Positions 1-10,042 of a DNA stretch of 64,000 nucleotides are shown one piece after another (within the stretch, counting starts at the first letter, position 1; every line of letters starts with the position of its first letter). The DNA comes from an uncultured Bacilli bacterium (GTDB lineage Bacteria > Bacillota_I > Bacilli_A > RFN20 > CAG-826), in the NCBI GenBank assembly GCA_944358985.1, contig CALVSI010000004.1:28102-92101 (forward strand), in the 5' to 3' direction. A program made the position numbers and the translations under genes. The notes below the pieces were generated by a model, which was not told where the DNA came from, ran no database searches, and saw only the letters and a program-made list of their open reading frames with translations.

Positions 1-1
1 A

Positions 2-304
2 GATGAGTTGCCTCGTCTAGGCTTAATAGATGAAGGCGAAGATATTCATAAATATTATTTCCATAGCGTTAGCCATCATCTTGGTTTAGATACACATGAT
101 GTTTCATATCGTGAAAAAGTACTTGAAGCCGGCAATGTTATCACATGTGAGCCGGGTTTGTATTTTGAAAAATATGGTATTGGTGTGCGAATTGAAGATG
201 ATTTATTAATTACAAAAGAAGGCTGTGAAGTTTTATCAAGACAAATTCCAAAAGAAATTGATGAGATTGAATCTTTAATAAAACAATGTAAAAATATTAA
301 GTAG
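2..304 (+). CDS. Xaa-Pro aminopeptidase/dipeptidase (M24B), C-terminal fragment; 5' end lies outside the window
   Basis: Frame is open from nt 2. M24B metal-ligand motifs HHLGLDTHD, CEPGLYF and GVRIEDD are present. Confidence 0.85.
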   Translation, partial: DELPRLGLIDEGEDIHKYYFHSVSHHLGLDTHDVSYREKVLEAGNVITCEPGLYFEKYGIGVRIEDDLLITKEGCEVLSRQIPKEIDEIESLIKQCKNIK

Positions 305-310
305 GTAATT

Positions 311-1786
311 ATGTCAAAATATATTTTAGCAATTGATCAAGGTACAACGTCGACACGCGCTATTATTTTTGATCGTCAATCTGTGCCACTTTACATGGCT
401 CAAAGAGAAGTCAAATGTTTTTATCCTAAATCTGGATGGGTTGAAAGTGATGCATTAGAAATTTGGGTAAGTGTTATTGACGTCATAAATGAAGTTTTAG
501 TTAAAGCTAATCTAACATTTTCTAATATTGATTCAATTGGCATTACAAACCAACGTGAAACAACCGTGATATGGGATAAAAAAACCGGAATGCCAGTTTA
601 TCATGCGATAATCTGGCAATCAAGGCAATCTAAAGAAATTTGTGATAAATTAGAAGACAAAAAGGGTTTTATCCACAAAAGAACAGGTTTATTAATTAAT
701 CCATATTTTTCTGCATCTAAAATTCGCTTTATTTTAGACAATATAAAAGATGGGCAGAAAAGAGCAATTAATGGTGAATTAATGGTTGGCACAATCGATA
801 CTTGGATTATGTATAAGATGAGTCATGGTAATATTTATGCGACCGATGTTAGCAATGCATCTCGAACTTTACTTTTTAATATTTTCGAGAAAAAATGGGA
901 CAAAGATTTATGCGATTTATTTAATATTCCAATCGAAATATTACCAGAAGTAAAGCCATCATCATTTGAATATGGTTTCGCTTCATTTTTCTCAAATAAT
1001 GTTAAAATTTGCGGAGTAGCAGGCGATCAACAAGCCGCATTATTTGGCCAAGCGTGTTTTAAAAAAGGTGATAGCAAAAATACCTATGGCACTGGTTGTT
1101 TTATGCTTATGAATATTGGAAAAGAACCAATTCTTTCAAAAAATGGTTTACTAACAACAATTGCTTGGCAAATAGGTGATGAGACAATTTATGCAATGGA
1201 AGGATCTGTTTTTATTGGTGGCGCAGTAGTGCAATGGCTTAGAGATGAAATGAAAATGATATCGACATCTGCAGAAAGTGAAGATTTTGCCTATAAATGT
1301 GAAGATACTAATGGTATATATGTTGTTCCCGCTTTTGTTGGTTTGGGTACACCATATTGGCAAAACGATGTTCGGGGTTCTGTTTTTGGCCTAACACGTG
1401 GTTCAAATCGTTATCAGTTCGTAAGAGCGTGCCTAGAATCTATAGCATATCAATCTAAAGACGTCATTGATATCATAAAAGAAGACACCAAATTGGATAT
1501 AACTTGTTTAAAAGTTGATGGGGGAGCCACTGATAATAATTATTTAATGCAATTTCAAAGTGACATTTTACAAACAACAATATCGCTACCAAAGTGCATA
1601 GAAACTACTGCTCTTGGTGTTAGTTATTTAAGCGGACTAGCGTCAGGATATTATAAATCTTTAGAAGATATACATTCGTGTTATTATAGTAAAAAGCAAT
1701 TTCGCCCCCTTATGAGTAAAAATAAGGCTATTGAAAAATGTGAAGGTTGGCGAAAAGCTATCAACGCTACAATTGCGTTTAAATAG
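311..1786 (+). CDS. glpK: Glycerol kinase
   Basis: 491 aa with FGGY kinase signatures AIDQGTTSTRAIIF, GVAGDQQAALFGQ and DGGATDNNYLMQFQSDIL. Confidence 0.95.
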   Translation: MSKYILAIDQGTTSTRAIIFDRQSVPLYMAQREVKCFYPKSGWVESDALEIWVSVIDVINEVLVKANLTFSNIDSIGITNQRETTVIWDKKTGMPVYHAIIWQSRQSKEICDKLEDKKGFIHKRTGLLINPYFSASKIRFILDNIKDGQKRAINGELMVGTIDTWIMYKMSHGNIYATDVSNASRTLLFNIFEKKWDKDLCDLFNIPIEILPEVKPSSFEYGFASFFSNNVKICGVAGDQQAALFGQACFKKGDSKNTYGTGCFMLMNIGKEPILSKNGLLTTIAWQIGDETIYAMEGSVFIGGAVVQWLRDEMKMISTSAESEDFAYKCEDTNGIYVVPAFVGLGTPYWQNDVRGSVFGLTRGSNRYQFVRACLESIAYQSKDVIDIIKEDTKLDITCLKVDGGATDNNYLMQFQSDILQTTISLPKCIETTALGVSYLSGLASGYYKSLEDIHSCYYSKKQFRPLMSKNKAIEKCEGWRKAINATIAFK

Positions 1787-1796
1787 AACTATAAAA

Positions 1797-1805
1797 TGTT
1801 ATAAT
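1797..1805 (+). promoter_or_regulatory. Extended -10 element TGTTATAAT, 8 nt upstream of the addB ATG; candidate leaderless promoter
   Basis: The TGnTATAAT match ends at 1805 and the ATG is at 1814. No Shine-Dalgarno sequence lies between them. Confidence 0.4.
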
Positions 1806-1813
1806 TATGAACG

Positions 1814-4075
1814 ATGGAAAAAATTTTTATTGCACCTAGTTCATTTAAAAAAACAATTATTACTGAATATTTAAAATCAAATATTTTTTCCTCAGTTCAT
1901 GTATATAGCAAAGAAGATCTAATTGATTTTTTATATCCTTGGTTTAAATCCAAATCTATAAATTTGTTAATGAAAGAATTTAACTTTTCGTATTCTAAGG
2001 CTAAAAATATTCTTTACTACTTGAGATTTTTTGATACAAGCAAAGCGATCGAAATGCCTTTGATGAATAAAATATATAATTTCTTAGTTAACAATGAAAT
2101 GGTGTTATATGACGAGTTTGCAAAACAATTAGTAGCCAAAAAAACTATTGATGTTTATGGATATTATTCTGATGATAAATTTTTGCAATTTTTATTGAAA
2201 AAACTGCAAATTACCCCTAATTTTATTAAAAATAGCGGTATTTTAGAAAATAACAAATGTTATATATACGACACTATCGAAGAAGAATGTCACCATTTAT
2301 TCATCAATATTTTGAAATGTTATAATAGTGGTGTTTCATTAAATGATATATATATTTATGGATATTCTAATGAATATAAATTTTATTTTGACTATTATAG
2401 TAAGTTATATAATTTACCAATAAATAATTTTCCCAAATTTAATTTCTATTCGTTGAATTTTGTCAAAGCTTTTTTAAAACAATATGAAAAGACAAACAAG
2501 CTAGATTTTTGTTTGGCCGAAACAGAAAAGTTGATAAAAAACAATTATGAATTATTTATACAATTTAAAGATTTAGTGCTTTCAAATTTTGATTCAACAC
2601 TTAGCAACGCTCAACAAGTTGATATTTTTAAAGAAATATTTAAGAGTAAAAATAGTTTTGATGTTTTTGATAATGCAATAACAATTATTAATGAGTGTGT
2701 CTATGTTAAAAACAAATATATTTTCTGTATCGGCTTTAATCAAAATTCTTATCCGAAAATTAAATTCGATACTGATGTTATTTTTGATTCTGATAAAAGA
2801 ATTTTAAATTTACCTACAAGCGAAGAAGAAAATTTAATTAACAAACTATCGTTGCTGGATTTTTTAAAAAGCGAAAATACATTTTATTTTTCTTTTGCCA
2901 ATAAAAGTTATACTAACAACTATTATTTATCTTTTATCGCACTTAATAATAATTTTGAAATTATTAAAAATCGCCAAGAGTTATTCGATTATAATAAAGT
3001 TTCAAGCTTAAATTTCGCTATGAAATCTGAGGATATATTTTATAAATATGGAAAAAAAGATAACTACCTGACTTCATTTAGAAAATATTTACGTTATGCA
3101 TATAATTCTTATGATAACCAATTTAAAAAATTTTCTATTTTTAATGATAAATCAAAACTCCGCTATTCATATTCATCATTAAACTCTTTTGCTAAATGTC
3201 CTTTTTCATATTATCTGCAGTATGTTTTAAAAATTGGTGAAAATGAAACAACATTTTCACTTCAACTTGGTAATTTTGTTCATGAAATATTTCTAATTGG
3301 TCTAAAAAATGATAATTACAATTTTGAAGAGATATTCAACACATGTCTATATAATAATAAATATCAATTTATACCAAAAGAATTATTTATAATAAATGGT
3401 CTAAAAAGTAGGATGAATCAGGTTTTTAACTTTAATATCTCCCATAAAAATAAAATTAAAAATGCTAAATTCTATTTAGAAAAATCTTTTAGTTTTGATT
3501 TAACAGAAAATTCAATTTTTGAAGGACGAATTGATAAATTAATAGTTACAAATAATTCATTTTATTCGATAGTGGATTATAAAACTGGAAACATAAGTTT
3601 GGATATAAACATGTTTAAATATGGTCTTGATTTGCAATTGATTAGTTATGGAATGTTGATTAATTATGATCAAAATTTTTCTTATCTTTCTCTGGCTGGC
3701 CTATACTATCAAACGGTTTTTAATAAAGTAAATGATGATAATGAAAAACATTATAAACTTAATGGTTTATCACTTTATAACCCAATATATTTAACCGACT
3801 TTGCTTATGATGATTATGTCTTAAATAAAAAAAGCAATATGATTAGTGAAGGCGAATTCGATCAACATATCAACACTTGTTTGAATCAATACTTATGCAT
3901 GGATAAAAAGATAAGAAATAATGATTTTTTAATAGCGCCTCTTTATAAAGGAAAATCTTTTGATTCATGTATTTATTGTAAATTTAAAGATATTTGTTTT
4001 GTAAAGAATAACCAAAGATTAGAAATTGGAAAAAACGTTGAAGAAGAGGAGGACTATAATGATGAATCCTTCTAA
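1814..4075 (+). CDS. addB: AddB/RexB-type helicase-nuclease subunit B, compact 753-aa form
   Basis: RecB-family nuclease motif GRIDKL...IVDYKTG. Four-Cys Fe-S staple pattern (AKCPFSYY plus CIYCKFKDIC, i.e. CX2CX5C). Sits immediately upstream of addA and overlaps it. Confidence 0.8.
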   Translation: MEKIFIAPSSFKKTIITEYLKSNIFSSVHVYSKEDLIDFLYPWFKSKSINLLMKEFNFSYSKAKNILYYLRFFDTSKAIEMPLMNKIYNFLVNNEMVLYDEFAKQLVAKKTIDVYGYYSDDKFLQFLLKKLQITPNFIKNSGILENNKCYIYDTIEEECHHLFINILKCYNSGVSLNDIYIYGYSNEYKFYFDYYSKLYNLPINNFPKFNFYSLNFVKAFLKQYEKTNKLDFCLAETEKLIKNNYELFIQFKDLVLSNFDSTLSNAQQVDIFKEIFKSKNSFDVFDNAITIINECVYVKNKYIFCIGFNQNSYPKIKFDTDVIFDSDKRILNLPTSEEENLINKLSLLDFLKSENTFYFSFANKSYTNNYYLSFIALNNNFEIIKNRQELFDYNKVSSLNFAMKSEDIFYKYGKKDNYLTSFRKYLRYAYNSYDNQFKKFSIFNDKSKLRYSYSSLNSFAKCPFSYYLQYVLKIGENETTFSLQLGNFVHEIFLIGLKNDNYNFEEIFNTCLYNNKYQFIPKELFIINGLKSRMNQVFNFNISHKNKIKNAKFYLEKSFSFDLTENSIFEGRIDKLIVTNNSFYSIVDYKTGNISLDINMFKYGLDLQLISYGMLINYDQNFSYLSLAGLYYQTVFNKVNDDNEKHYKLNGLSLYNPIYLTDFAYDDYVLNKKSNMISEGEFDQHINTCLNQYLCMDKKIRNNDFLIAPLYKGKSFDSCIYCKFKDICFVKNNQRLEIGKNVEEEEDYNDESF

Positions 4076-7000
4076 AGAACAATTGCAAGCAATTCAAAGC
4101 CATCACGAAAATGTTTTAGTTAATGCTGGTGCTGGAAGTGGTAAAACATGGGTGTTAGGTGAGCATGTTCTCTATTTAATGAAAAATTATAATTATCATA
4201 TTCTTGATTTTCTTATTGTAACGTTTACTAACGCAGCGGCTAATGAGATGAAAACAAGAATTAAAAATATGATATCTAATGATGATAGTTTAAAAAAATA
4301 TGCGGATAATGTTGAATTTGCACATATCCAAACATTCGATGCGTTTAATTTATTCTTAGTAAAAAAATTCCATGATTTTGTTCAATTGCAAGACGAAATT
4401 GATATACAAGATAAGTCTATTTTCAATATTGAAATTGAAAAATATATTAACGAAGAATTAGATAAATATTATGAAAGCGATAATTCTTTGCTGCATGAAA
4501 TTATTAATATTTTTTGTGACAAAGATGATCAAAAAATCCATATGATAATATCTGACATTATTAATTATTATGATAGTTGTATAGATGGTGATACCGCTTT
4601 AAATAATTTGCTTATCAATCCTTATAATTATGATTTCATAAATAAAGCCATTGGTAATTATTTTTCAAATATTAAACTCCAATTTGCAGAGATTTTTAAC
4701 AAAATTGCCTTGTTTTCTCCTTATAAGGACATTTATGAATTCTATTTGAATCAGTATAATCGTCTAGACTTTTCTAGTTATGATAATTTTTTGTCTAGCA
4801 TCAAGGAAGTTAACTTTCCAAATAAAAATTCAAAAGGTGCAAGAAAAATTAAAAAAGATGATCCAGATCTTTATGACATGATAGGCGAAATAGGGGAAGT
4901 ATTTAAAAAAATTAAAGAAAAAATTTATAATTTTGGGTATTTTAGAGATATTGTAAATCACCATATACATTGCAAAGAATATTTAGAGTTATTTGTTGAT
5001 ATTGCAAAAAAAGTTATAGATCGATTAAACAAATTTAAAAAAGATAACTGCATATATGATTTTAATGATATTTCTAAATTTGCACTTGTAATTTTAAATA
5101 ATGATGAATGTTTGAAAATTGTTAAAAACGAATTCAAATATATTATGATTGACGAATATCAAGACACTAACGATATCCAAGAAGCTCTTATTTCAAAATT
5201 AGAAAATTCAAATGTTTTTATGGTTGGTGATGTTAAACAATCCATATATCGATTTAGAAATGCAAATTGTGTTATTTTTCTAGATAAATATCTCGCGTAT
5301 AAAAATCTTAATGGCGGTAGCAAAATTGATATGACATTAAATTTTAGATCAAGAAAAGAAATTATTGACGGCATTAATTTAATGTTTGATTTTTTAATGA
5401 CGAGAAAAACAAATTTAATTGATTATAAAGATGGTCATATCTCGTTTTATGGACAAAAATCTTATGATAAAAAAATTGCAAATTATGATTATGGCATTAA
5501 TTTTTTAACTTATGATTGTGAAAAATATAAATTAAGAAAATATCAATATGAAATAATAGCAAAAGATATTATCAATAAAATATCTAATAAAATGAAGTTA
5601 TTAGACACTTCTAAAGGAGAATATTATGATTGTACTTTTAAGGACTTTGCTATTATAGTTGATAGGAATACAAATTTTGATGAAATCATTCGTGTTTTTA
5701 ATGAATATCAAATTCCTATTTTTGCTGTTGAAGATTCAAATATATTAAATAATGATATTTCTTCTTTAATTTTTAATTTGATGAATTTGGTGTACTTATT
5801 AAGTCTTGAACAATATGATACTAATGATTTCAAACATAGTTATATAAGCGTTATAAGAAGTTTTATTTATTCATACGATGATGAAAAAATTTATAATCTA
5901 TTCAAACAAAATGATTACACAAATGATGGTTTGTTTCTTTTAACAAAAGATATAACCAAACATTTAAATGAATTATCTTTGTATAATTTAACCTGTTTGT
6001 TAATTGAAAAAACTAATCTTTTAAATAAAATTATTAATCTTAATGATTTTCATAGCATTCATCTTTGCATTAATTCTTTTCTTGATAAAATCAACGCTTT
6101 AGACAATTTAGGATACTCGTTAGAAGATTTTATTGTTTATTTCAATCAGATTAAGGATAGCGATGAAGAATTAAAAGGCTCAAATTTTAAACTTGATGAT
6201 AATGTTGTAACTTTAACGAATATTCATAAATCAAAAGGTTTAGAATATAAAGTTTGTTACTATGTTGATTTGGATAAAAAATTTAATATTAGCGATATAA
6301 AAAAGACATTTTTGATAAGCAAGGACTATGGATTGGTTTGCAATAACTATGAAAAAGGATATAACGTTAATTCGTTTTTTAAACAATTGCATATTGATAA
6401 TTTAAAACAAGCTGATTTTGAAGAAAAATTACGTTTGTTATATGTTGCACTGACTAGAGCAAAAGAAATGATTTATATTGTTTTACCGCTCAAAGAAAAA
6501 GACAAAATACCAATTAAATCGATTAATGACTCAAATAATTTCAAAAAAATATTATTATCCGTCTATCAAAATTTTAAAAACATTAACGCCGATAATCTAC
6601 TCGAAGAAGATATTAAATTCGAAAATTTAAGCAGCGAAGAAAAAGATTTAAATTTTGGTATACTTGATTGTAAACAAATTGAGTATACAAAAATTAGTAA
6701 AGTTCGAGCATCAAAAGAAACTAGTTATGATATTGATGAAAATTTGTTAATTTTTGGAAATCGTCTTCATCACTTGCTTCAATTAACTGATTTTGAAAAA
6801 AAAGATACATCATTTATACGCGATAATAAGCTAAAAACATACATTGATAATGTATTAAAACAAGAGATTTTTTCCAATCTTGAAAAATCTACTATTTTAA
6901 AAGAGTATGAATTTTACGATGAGATTAATCATGTCAATGGTATTATTGACTGCTTGATAATTAAAGAACACGAGATATTAATTGTTGATTATAAAACTAA

Positions 7001-7130
7001 ACAAATCGATGATGAATTGTATAATGTTCAATTACAAACATATAAAAATTTCATAAAACAATTGACTAATAAAAATATCCGCTTATATTTATTAAGCATT
7101 ATAGATAACAAGATAAAGGAGGTTAAATAA
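4059..7130 (+). CDS. addA: AddA/RexA ATP-dependent helicase-nuclease subunit A (UvrD-like)
   Basis: Walker A AGAGSGKT, IMIDEYQDTN, VGDVKQSIYRFR, and C-terminal nuclease GIIDCL...IVDYKT. Start placed at ATG 4059, 6 nt after GGAGG (4048-4052), rather than the TTG at 4026. Confidence 0.9.
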   Translation: MMNPSKEQLQAIQSHHENVLVNAGAGSGKTWVLGEHVLYLMKNYNYHILDFLIVTFTNAAANEMKTRIKNMISNDDSLKKYADNVEFAHIQTFDAFNLFLVKKFHDFVQLQDEIDIQDKSIFNIEIEKYINEELDKYYESDNSLLHEIINIFCDKDDQKIHMIISDIINYYDSCIDGDTALNNLLINPYNYDFINKAIGNYFSNIKLQFAEIFNKIALFSPYKDIYEFYLNQYNRLDFSSYDNFLSSIKEVNFPNKNSKGARKIKKDDPDLYDMIGEIGEVFKKIKEKIYNFGYFRDIVNHHIHCKEYLELFVDIAKKVIDRLNKFKKDNCIYDFNDISKFALVILNNDECLKIVKNEFKYIMIDEYQDTNDIQEALISKLENSNVFMVGDVKQSIYRFRNANCVIFLDKYLAYKNLNGGSKIDMTLNFRSRKEIIDGINLMFDFLMTRKTNLIDYKDGHISFYGQKSYDKKIANYDYGINFLTYDCEKYKLRKYQYEIIAKDIINKISNKMKLLDTSKGEYYDCTFKDFAIIVDRNTNFDEIIRVFNEYQIPIFAVEDSNILNNDISSLIFNLMNLVYLLSLEQYDTNDFKHSYISVIRSFIYSYDDEKIYNLFKQNDYTNDGLFLLTKDITKHLNELSLYNLTCLLIEKTNLLNKIINLNDFHSIHLCINSFLDKINALDNLGYSLEDFIVYFNQIKDSDEELKGSNFKLDDNVVTLTNIHKSKGLEYKVCYYVDLDKKFNISDIKKTFLISKDYGLVCNNYEKGYNVNSFFKQLHIDNLKQADFEEKLRLLYVALTRAKEMIYIVLPLKEKDKIPIKSINDSNNFKKILLSVYQNFKNINADNLLEEDIKFENLSSEEKDLNFGILDCKQIEYTKISKVRASKETSYDIDENLLIFGNRLHHLLQLTDFEKKDTSFIRDNKLKTYIDNVLKQEIFSNLEKSTILKEYEFYDEINHVNGIIDCLIIKEHEILIVDYKTKQIDDELYNVQLQTYKNFIKQLTNKNIRLYLLSIIDNKIKEVK

Positions 7131-8233
7131 TGGATAGAATTTTAACAAAAGAACAATTTTTAAAAGTTGCCGAACCATACATCAAAAATCTTCATATTGA
7201 TGTAGATTTTACATATGAGGTTTACGAATTATCGGTTCAAGCAATCAAGTCATTAAAGGATAGCAATATTATAAAAAGCATTCAACCCATCAACTCCTTA
7301 CAATTGATTTATTACATTTTTGGTGAATTTTATTATTCAATTAATAATGTTAGTGAAGAAAATTATCAAAAATTTATTCATAACGACAAAATCAAGATGC
7401 AAATGGCTTCTGTGGTTTCCGATAAATATATGTCTTTAGATTTTTTTAATCATAAGGAAAAAGCTCTTGGTAACAAATTTTTACCTCCAATTTCCTCTCT
7501 TGATACATATCTAAATTTTATGATTACCACATTAAACAAAACACCAAAGAACAACCCAAACCAAACTTTAATTAGTGATTTATTGAGCAAATCCATTAGC
7601 ATTAGCCGATGCATTTTATATCTTTTAACTATGGGCTTTGAAACTGAGGCAATGGCTTCATGGAGAACTCTTCACGAATGTGAATGCACTTTAATTGTCT
7701 TAAAAAAATATGGTCAGCCATTAGTAAACACCTATCTAAAACATATGAAATATGCCATTGCGTATCGAAGCGGTTTAAAAACAAAAGAAGAAACCGATGA
7801 AGTTTTTGTTGAAATAAAAGAAAAAATGAAAATGCATGATTTACGAAGTAAAGATATGAAAAAATTCATTGAATATGGTTGGTTATATGACACTGATGAA
7901 TCAAAAAATCCAACCTTTAAGCTTAATTTTAGAGATGGTTTGCAATTTGTCGCAGGATTAAAATCGTACAACAAAATATATGAACAATCATCAGAAATTG
8001 TCCATTCTACTCCTATGTTAATATATTCAAACAAAGCGTATTATTATTTATTAACACTAATTAGTTTATATGAGTCATTTTTTCGAATTGAATCAATATT
8101 TACATCATATTTTTTCATTGAAAATTTCAAACAACAAATTGGTCAATATAACAACATGAGAAAAATGTATTTCTCACAATTATTATCTATTTATAAAAAA
8201 GAAATTAGTCATTTTAAAAATGATAAAAATTAG
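7130..8233 (+). CDS. Hypothetical 367-aa protein, translationally coupled to addA
   Basis: AAGGAGG at 7116-7122. The ATG shares its A with the addA TAA (TAATG). I recognise no catalytic motif. No hydrophobic TM segment or signal peptide is evident. Confidence 0.6.
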   Translation: MDRILTKEQFLKVAEPYIKNLHIDVDFTYEVYELSVQAIKSLKDSNIIKSIQPINSLQLIYYIFGEFYYSINNVSEENYQKFIHNDKIKMQMASVVSDKYMSLDFFNHKEKALGNKFLPPISSLDTYLNFMITTLNKTPKNNPNQTLISDLLSKSISISRCILYLLTMGFETEAMASWRTLHECECTLIVLKKYGQPLVNTYLKHMKYAIAYRSGLKTKEETDEVFVEIKEKMKMHDLRSKDMKKFIEYGWLYDTDESKNPTFKLNFRDGLQFVAGLKSYNKIYEQSSEIVHSTPMLIYSNKAYYYLLTLISLYESFFRIESIFTSYFFIENFKQQIGQYNNMRKMYFSQLLSIYKKEISHFKNDKN

Positions 8234-9870
8234 ACATCAGCGTAACAACTACCACCGATAAATTCTCTAAATACTGAATTGCATGGTACCCATTTATCAT
8301 CTAAATCATCGAAGAATTTTAACATTCTTATCAATCTTTCAGCGATTGGGAAATATGGTGAATCACGATCAATTTTGCTAAGTAACGGAAGCGCATATTT
8401 TTTCATGACTGATAATTCATAAACTAAGAATGAATTAAAAACAAAATCAGCGCCTTCTTGGTTATCATAAATCCATTTAAATTCACCTTTTCTGACGCTT
8501 GGCCACATTTCTAATGTTTCTAAGGCGGAAGCATTTCTAAATTGATAGTCTCGGACTATTCTTCTTAGCAAACGCAAGTCTGTTAAAGACATTGGATTTT
8601 GATTATCAAAATTAATTTGAGCTTGCGGAGCGATATAAATTTTAAATTTTTGATGTCGTGGGATAGAATTTGTTAGCATATCATTTAATGCATGGATACC
8701 TTCAATAATAATTGGTTCATCCAAACCAACTTTTAAAGTTCTTCCTTTAACTCTTCTACCTAGAGTGAAATCAAATTTAGGTAATTCAACTTCGTATCCT
8801 TCGATTAAATCAGATATGTTTTTGTTAAATAGTTCGATATCAAGTGCTTTTACATCTTCTAAATCTGGATCACCATTTTCATCTTTTGGTACAGCATCTT
8901 TAGGTAAATAATAGTCATCAATTGAAACTCGTATTGGACGAATTCCACGCGAAAGTAGTTCGATTCTTAAACGGTTAGCAAAAGTAGTTTTACCTGAACT
9001 AGATGGCCCAGCAATACAAATTAAGCGAATGGAATCAATATCTTTTTCAATTAAATCACCAAGTTCCGCAAATTGAGCATTGTGACTATGTTCACACATG
9101 TTAATAAAATCAACCGCACCATAATTTCTTGTCATCTCATTAATTCCAGCAACTGTATCAATACCCGCGATTGAAGCCCATGCATGAGCGCGTTTTAAAG
9201 TTCTTCCATATGTAGGGGCATCTTTAAATTCTGGAATCTCGCCATTACATTCGGAACGTGGGTATTGAATAATAATGCCAGGAGAATAAAATTTTAAACG
9301 CCATTTTTTGATATATCCTAACGATGGAACCATTCTTTCGTACATATAGTTTTTATAATCGCCACATGTATAAATATGAGCGTCTTTTTCTGGACGATAT
9401 TTCATTAATTTTGTTTTATCTAAAAATCCTTCTTTTTCATATATTCTAATAGCTTCTTCTTTAGAAATTTTGCATCTAACAAGAGGCAAATCTTCCTTGA
9501 TTAATCGATGCATTTCTTTTTCTAATTCTAACGTCAATTTTGTAGATGCGGTTTTATTTTCGTTTAGAATTTGTAAAAATATAGAACGAGAAACATTATA
9601 AGAAAATCTAAATTGAATATTTTTTGCAATATTATGCATTGCCATTGCAACTAAATATCTTAAACTCGCTTCATATATTTTAATGGAATCGCGATCTTTG
9701 CAAGTTAATGGTTCGACAACACAATCCTTTTCCAACATGTAAGTTAATTCTCTTACACGATTGTCGATTCTTACACAAATATATTCTTTGCTATCTCCAA
9801 CAACTTCTAAAACGCTGACAGGTTTATTAAAAGTTTTTTCTTGTCCTAAAATTTTTACTTTAAATTGCAT
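8230..9870 (-). CDS. Uridine/nucleoside kinase family P-loop protein with a long N-terminal ThrRS/TGS-like extension
   Basis: Walker A GPSSSGKTTFANRL, then IIEGIHALND and a uridine-kinase-like C-terminus. Start moved to ATG 9870, preceded by TGAGGA, rather than the TTG at 9906. Confidence 0.6.
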   Translation of the reverse strand: MQFKVKILGQEKTFNKPVSVLEVVGDSKEYICVRIDNRVRELTYMLEKDCVVEPLTCKDRDSIKIYEASLRYLVAMAMHNIAKNIQFRFSYNVSRSIFLQILNENKTASTKLTLELEKEMHRLIKEDLPLVRCKISKEEAIRIYEKEGFLDKTKLMKYRPEKDAHIYTCGDYKNYMYERMVPSLGYIKKWRLKFYSPGIIIQYPRSECNGEIPEFKDAPTYGRTLKRAHAWASIAGIDTVAGINEMTRNYGAVDFINMCEHSHNAQFAELGDLIEKDIDSIRLICIAGPSSSGKTTFANRLRIELLSRGIRPIRVSIDDYYLPKDAVPKDENGDPDLEDVKALDIELFNKNISDLIEGYEVELPKFDFTLGRRVKGRTLKVGLDEPIIIEGIHALNDMLTNSIPRHQKFKIYIAPQAQINFDNQNPMSLTDLRLLRRIVRDYQFRNASALETLEMWPSVRKGEFKWIYDNQEGADFVFNSFLVYELSVMKKYALPLLSKIDRDSPYFPIAERLIRMLKFFDDLDDKWVPCNSVFREFIGGSCYADV

Positions 9871-10042
9871 ATAGTCCTCACTTTCTTGGTATATTAATTT
9901 TAGCAACTTAATATGTTATTTAAAATTATTTTCAATTTCTTTGACTATCTTTATTATAAATAAAGAATTTGAATTTTTCTAACAAATAGTTTTTATCAAC
10001 TATATAAAATGGTATCATATATATTTAGTTGAGGTCATTTAT

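Noticed and set aside
669-677. Perfect DnaA box TTATCCACA.
   Set aside because: It is a single copy inside the glpK coding sequence (codons for G-F-I-H-K). Roughly one such 9-mer is expected by chance in a window of this size and composition.
601-1363. Antisense ORFs of 63 and 70 aa inside glpK. Similar short antisense ORFs sit inside addA, atpA, atpE, atpF, priA, stp, prkC, glgD, leuS, tyrS, ezrA, thiI, dnaI, the fpg-coaE fusion and dnaE.
   Set aside because: Each lies fully within a strongly conserved gene on the other strand. They have low-complexity or odd composition and no Shine-Dalgarno sequence or promoter, and are best explained as shadow ORFs.
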